From assembly GCA_023205875.1 (NCBI GenBank), contig CP060754.1, forward strand, positions 1,550,001 to 1,614,000: a stretch of 64,000 nucleotides of DNA, written 5' to 3'. The stretch comes from Chloropicon primus. Lineage: Eukaryota. Below, piece after piece: positions 60,206 to 64,000 of the stretch (positions are counted from its first letter, which is position 1; every line of letters begins with the position of its first letter). Under the pieces are notes generated by a model that was not told the origin of the DNA, did not search any database, and was given only the letters and a program-made list of their open reading frames with translations. The position numbers were made by a program, and so were the translations under genes.

Positions 60206-61408
60206 ATGCCGAGGTGCCGAGGCGTGGTGGCGTCGGAGGGACCGGCCTGCCTGCTGCTGGATGGGGGGGCTGCGACGGGGTTGTGGGAGGGGTCTTCGGG
60301 GCTTGGGTCGACATCGGTTGGGAGCGGGGCTCGACGGTCGACGGTGGAGGCGACCTTCGTGGACGGCGGGAGGGTGGTCCCGGGCGTTCTCCCCCCCCTG
60401 GGGCTCCGGGGAGGGGGGGCGAGGAGGGTGCTGGACAAGAAGTCTCGCGCGAGGGGGAGGGGCACGGTCAAGCTGCGTCGCCCGAAGCTCGACGCCGTGT
60501 CCGGAGCGGCGGCGGGGTGCCTGGTGAGCATTTTCCTCCATCCCGTCGACACCATCAAAGTTCTGGTGCAGACTGAAGTGGCTCTTGGGATGCGGTCGAG
60601 GAACCTTTTTCAGATCTGCAAGCAGCTGCTGGCGAAGTCCGGTGGGCCGCGAAGGCTTTACTACGGCCTGGCAGCGAACTTGGCCTCCACGGTGCCGATC
60701 TCGGCCATCTACACCTCGAGCTACGAGGCGGCGAAGCACGCCCTGACTCGGGTCTTGGGCGACGACCGGGCGAGGCCTGGGAGGCGAGAAGGGGGAGGGG
60801 GGAAGCCGGTGCCGTGGCTGGGGCACTGCCTCGCTGGGGCGGCCGCAAGCGTGTGCACGTCATTCGTCTACACCCCCAGCGAGTGCGTCAAGAACAGGGT
60901 GCAGGCGGGGCTTTACACCAACTCTTGGTCCGCTTTGTACCACATCGTGGCCAAGGAGGGGCCCATCCAGCTGTACAGGGCCTGGCCCGCGGTGGTGCTG
61001 AGAAACGTGCCCCAGTCCATCGTGAAATTCTTCGCGTACGAGCAGCTCAAGCTGCTGGTGGTCCGCTGCAGGGGCAGGGACCCCACCACGGGTGAGATGC
61101 TCGCGATCGGGGGCTTTGCCGGCGCCAGCGGCGCGCTTTTCTCGACCCCCTTCGACGTCGTGAAGACGAGAATGCAGACCCAAGTCGGGAAGCGGGCGCA
61201 GATGAGCCTCAGGAAAACAATGGGGTCCCTCGTCGCGAGGGAGGGCGTCCTGGGCCTGTACAGGGGCGTCGTTCCTCGGCTCTTCATCTACTTGAGCCAG
61301 GGGGCCATCTTCTTCACGACGTACGAGATCTTGAGGTCAGGTCTGTACAAGCTGGAGGAGGTCGACGCATTGCGGAGGTCTCCCGATGAGATCGACGCGA
61401 AATCCTGA
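60206..61408 (+). CDS. Mitochondrial carrier family (SLC25) protein, SAM-carrier-like, with N-terminal extension
   Basis: Three carrier repeats: HPVDTIKV, TPSECVKN, TPFDVVKTRMQ...EGVLGLYRG..PR. Confidence 0.9.
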   Translation: MPRCRGVVASEGPACLLLDGGAATGLWEGSSGLGSTSVGSGARRSTVEATFVDGGRVVPGVLPPLGLRGGGARRVLDKKSRARGRGTVKLRRPKLDAVSGAAAGCLVSIFLHPVDTIKVLVQTEVALGMRSRNLFQICKQLLAKSGGPRRLYYGLAANLASTVPISAIYTSSYEAAKHALTRVLGDDRARPGRREGGGGKPVPWLGHCLAGAAASVCTSFVYTPSECVKNRVQAGLYTNSWSALYHIVAKEGPIQLYRAWPAVVLRNVPQSIVKFFAYEQLKLLVVRCRGRDPTTGEMLAIGGFAGASGALFSTPFDVVKTRMQTQVGKRAQMSLRKTMGSLVAREGVLGLYRGVVPRLFIYLSQGAIFFTTYEILRSGLYKLEEVDALRRSPDEIDAKS

Positions 61409-61679
61409 TCCTGGTCCCAACACCACCAGCAAAGCCATCCGTCGGGTTGGGTTTGGACACAGTGGTGTTGGAGGTTTTCCCCTGTTGGTGGGGTTCCAGT
61501 GTATATCAGTTTGGTCACACCCAAAGGACAACCCACTAAGCGTTTTCTCGTGTTCTCACTTGCTGGACAAGGCAAATCTATTGGAATGGGTGGCGCCTCT
61601 GTCTGTCAAGTCATGGGCAAGTCGAAGAGACGAGGCGTTTCTTTGAGAAGGCATAGTGAGAAGGGAGCTTAAAAGAAAG

Positions 61680-61926
61680 TAAGTATTCTAAGGAGTCCTG
61701 TCGACGTTGTTGATCGTCGAGTTGTTTATCTGCAATCTTATTGTTTTGCATACTTGCTGCCCTTGTTCAGTACTCAGCCAATACTTGCTTGGTCTGTAGT
61801 ACTTCACACTGTTGCACCTCTGTGTCTCGTTCGGTGAACTACACCTCGCGAGCGTTTCCCTTGAAGGTCTACCTTGTTTGTAGCCTTTAGAACTATCTTG
61901 GTTTGATCCGTGTTTCTCTCTTTCAG
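61680..61926 (+). other. Probable non-coding (UTR) intron
   Basis: GTAAGT donor at 61680, T-rich interior, tttctctctttcag acceptor ending at 61926. No joinable ORF on either side. Confidence 0.5.
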
Positions 61927-62273
61927 TGGAAAGGAGAACTTGCCTTTGTGCTTCCAGTATTGACTGTGATTATCTTACCGTCCTTTCGTGACTTTTCTGT
62001 GTGCTGTTTTTGATCTGATGTCTGAACACTATAACAAGTGGGAACAATAACTTTGTAACTCGAGATCGATGCTTGAGAAGCATTGGGGCCAGGGCATCGA
62101 GGAACCCTCCCGATGAGCTCAGCGCCAACATGCAAAGCAAGCCTTCCGCATTCATCCGTCATCCATTCATCATCATCATCATCATCATCATCGGCGGTTA
62201 CCAAAGCAAAGCTCCTTCCCCCAGGGAAACGAGAAGGGGAGCAATTCAAATCAGAGACAGAGAGACAGAGAGA

Positions 62274-62861
62274 ATGGGGGGAAACACGAACGCGAACGCG
62301 GAGATGGGAGGGTCCTCGCCGTCCGGTGGAGGGAGGGTGGAGGTCGACGAGGCGAGCGTGGAACGCCTCGGGAACCAGATAAAGGATGTGATGCGCAAGG
62401 CCATGAGGGACCTGATCGATGAGGAGGTGTCCAAGGGGGAGTACGACCACGTCCTCCGCCTGTGGAAGGAGGTCCGCGAGAGACTGATGAGGCTTTCTCA
62501 GGGGTCGAAGGAGAGGGAAAAGACGAAAGCGGCGATAGACTGCGAGTACGCGGAGGAGCTCGTACGCGGAGGAGCCCTGGACAACACCATCCTTGCGGAC
62601 ATGGTGCAGCTCGCCTCAAGGCGGATCGGGGAGCTCGGGGCGGTAGCTTACGAGAGGCAGGTTCTGAACTGGGGGGTAAAGCTTGCGGACGAGCTGCGGT
62701 CATACACGGGGCAGGGCAACGGGGAGGGAGAGGCCCCAAGGTCTCCGGCGGAGCTGTTAGCCCACTTCTTCGACGAGTGCGACGTCCTGTTGACGAGGAT
62801 AGAGGCCGGGGTCGCGGCCCACCTGCTCTGCCAGGCCCTCCTGTCCGGAATCAGGGCTTGA
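62274..62861 (+). CDS. Short T-complex protein 11 (TCP11)-like domain protein
   Basis: QIKDVMRKAMRDLI...YDHVLRLWKEVRERL...AIDCEY..ELVRGGALD...ELGA resembles the TCP11 N-terminal helical core. Confidence 0.6.
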   Translation: MGGNTNANAEMGGSSPSGGGRVEVDEASVERLGNQIKDVMRKAMRDLIDEEVSKGEYDHVLRLWKEVRERLMRLSQGSKEREKTKAAIDCEYAEELVRGGALDNTILADMVQLASRRIGELGAVAYERQVLNWGVKLADELRSYTGQGNGEGEAPRSPAELLAHFFDECDVLLTRIEAGVAAHLLCQALLSGIRA

Positions 62862-62986
62862 AGGCGGGGATGTAGGAGCTCAAGACTTTTTTTAAAATTT
62901 ATTTATTGTATTTCCCTCGACGAGGTGCGCGCGGGCCCACCAAGGGCTGAGAGCGCGAGGCACGAGAGGGTTCAGTTCAACTTGCT

Positions 62987-63739
62987 TCACTTGGCGAGGA
63001 GGGCGCAGTCTGGCCAAGGGAACCCCACCCTGGTGAGGGTCGCCTCCGCTTGCCTCATCATCTCTTTCGTCCCGACCGTCAAAAACCTCGCTTGTGGGTT
63101 CCCCTTCCAGCTCCCGAAGACGTCTTCCAGAACGCGGGCTTCGACTCGGCCCCTCAAGCACCCCTCCCTGTCTTCCCGGCTCAGTATCCTGGTCACCTTA
63201 AAGGCCTCGTGAGCCGCTTGAAGCTCGGCAATCTCGTCGTGCCAGAACATGTCGGCGTACGTCCGAGCCGCCCACAAGAGGTGGACTTCATGGACACCCT
63301 TCTGCAGCTCGGCCGCGGCAATCGGCAGGGCCTCCGTGATCCCAACGCCGAAGGCCACCAAGCCGACGTGGCTCCCCCCAGGGCGCCGCTCCTTCTTGCC
63401 CTTCGCGAAGACTTCGACCGTTTCGCCAACCTTGACGCTGTCCAAGTACCCGGAGCACTTCCCGCCGGGGTAGACCTTCACAGTGAGGTCGAACTCGCCT
63501 GGTCTCGCGGCGGACATGGAGTAACTCTTCGGCTTGTACCCAGGAATCAAGACCTTGACGACGTCCCCGCGGTCGATTCGGCAGCCCAGCGAGGGCATGG
63601 TCTTGTCCTGCCCGGGGTTCTCGAACGTGAGCGTGTAAACGGGCAGGGTCCACCGCGAGGCCCCTTCCTTGGGAACCTCTCCCGCCACAACGGTGACCTT
63701 CCTGATGAGCTTCGCGGACTCAGTCACCCACTGCTTCAT
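62987..63739 (-). CDS. Ferredoxin-reductase-type FAD/NAD(P)-binding oxidoreductase (cytochrome b5 reductase-like); the 5' end probably continues via an intron beyond the window
   Basis: KSYS (RxYS-like), VKVYPGGKCSGYL, VAFGVGITE, HLLWAART, VGTKEMM. The frame is open to 63916, and an upstream exon near 63910-64000 is plausible. Confidence 0.8.
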   Translation of the reverse strand: MKQWVTESAKLIRKVTVVAGEVPKEGASRWTLPVYTLTFENPGQDKTMPSLGCRIDRGDVVKVLIPGYKPKSYSMSAARPGEFDLTVKVYPGGKCSGYLDSVKVGETVEVFAKGKKERRPGGSHVGLVAFGVGITEALPIAAAELQKGVHEVHLLWAARTYADMFWHDEIAELQAAHEAFKVTRILSREDREGCLRGRVEARVLEDVFGSWKGNPQARFLTVGTKEMMRQAEATLTRVGFPWPDCALLAK

Positions 63740-64000
63740 CGCGGCCTCCCTCAGCCAGACCAGCCCCTCCCTTAGCCTGTCAATCGTGCTTTCGGAGGAG
63801 GTTTGAGCTCCAATCAATCCCAGCAGCAGCACTGGGGGGGGGGTCAATCCATCAAAACTTCTCGACCACAACCAAGGAGGAAAGAGGACAGACAAAGACT
63901 CGTTTGACCTTGCCAACTCGTTTGACCTTGGTCCCCTTGGTCCCCTTGGTCGCCAAGATAAGAAAAGATCCCAATGTCGACGCCGTTCTTGTCTCTTGGG

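Noticed and set aside
61960..62030. Box C/D snoRNA (GTGATTA...CTGA)
   Set aside because: The C box is imperfect, and I could not verify a terminal stem or rRNA complementarity.
63895..63952. Short repeats (actcgtttgacctt x2, ccttggtcc x2-3) as a transposon end
   Set aside because: They are simple local duplications at the window edge, with no inverted terminal repeat or transposase visible.

Overview
This is gene-dense, GC-rich eukaryotic nuclear DNA. Short GT-AG introns, TGTAA poly(A)-type signals after stop codons, plastid-targeted proteins and AG-rich intergenic DNA point to a compact green-algal (chlorophyte) genome, plausibly a Chloropicon-type picoalga (inference). About 36 protein-coding genes can be built; I read the exon boundaries by hand and checked them for frame. 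Most are housekeeping: eIF1A, MCTS1, organellar GlyRS, MPC1, COX23, CPN20, RPB12, PRP19, PSMB3, RPS18, RPN3, UBLCP1. I recognised no tRNA, rRNA, CRISPR array or intact transposon. Most interesting: (1) an intronless gene with two identical dsRNA-binding domains (perfect 270-bp duplication) fused to a PIN/NYN-type nuclease domain behind a transit-peptide-like leader, head-to-head with a PLD3/4-type nuclease; (2) a three-gene 2-hydroxyacid cluster of an FMN L-hydroxyacid dehydrogenase, an FAD/Fe-S glycolate/D-lactate dehydrogenase and an Ala/Glu:glyoxylate aminotransferase; (3) a fatty-acid photodecarboxylase with all key residues but a mitochondrial-looking presequence; (4) a STIL-like centriole protein; (5) an OEP61 TPR receptor carrying six internal EEVD repeats; (6) a stand-alone TOC159-type membrane domain; (7) a PNUTS-like protein with a CXXC finger; (8) a STE20-family pseudokinase. 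Family assignments come from remembered motifs, not database searches.
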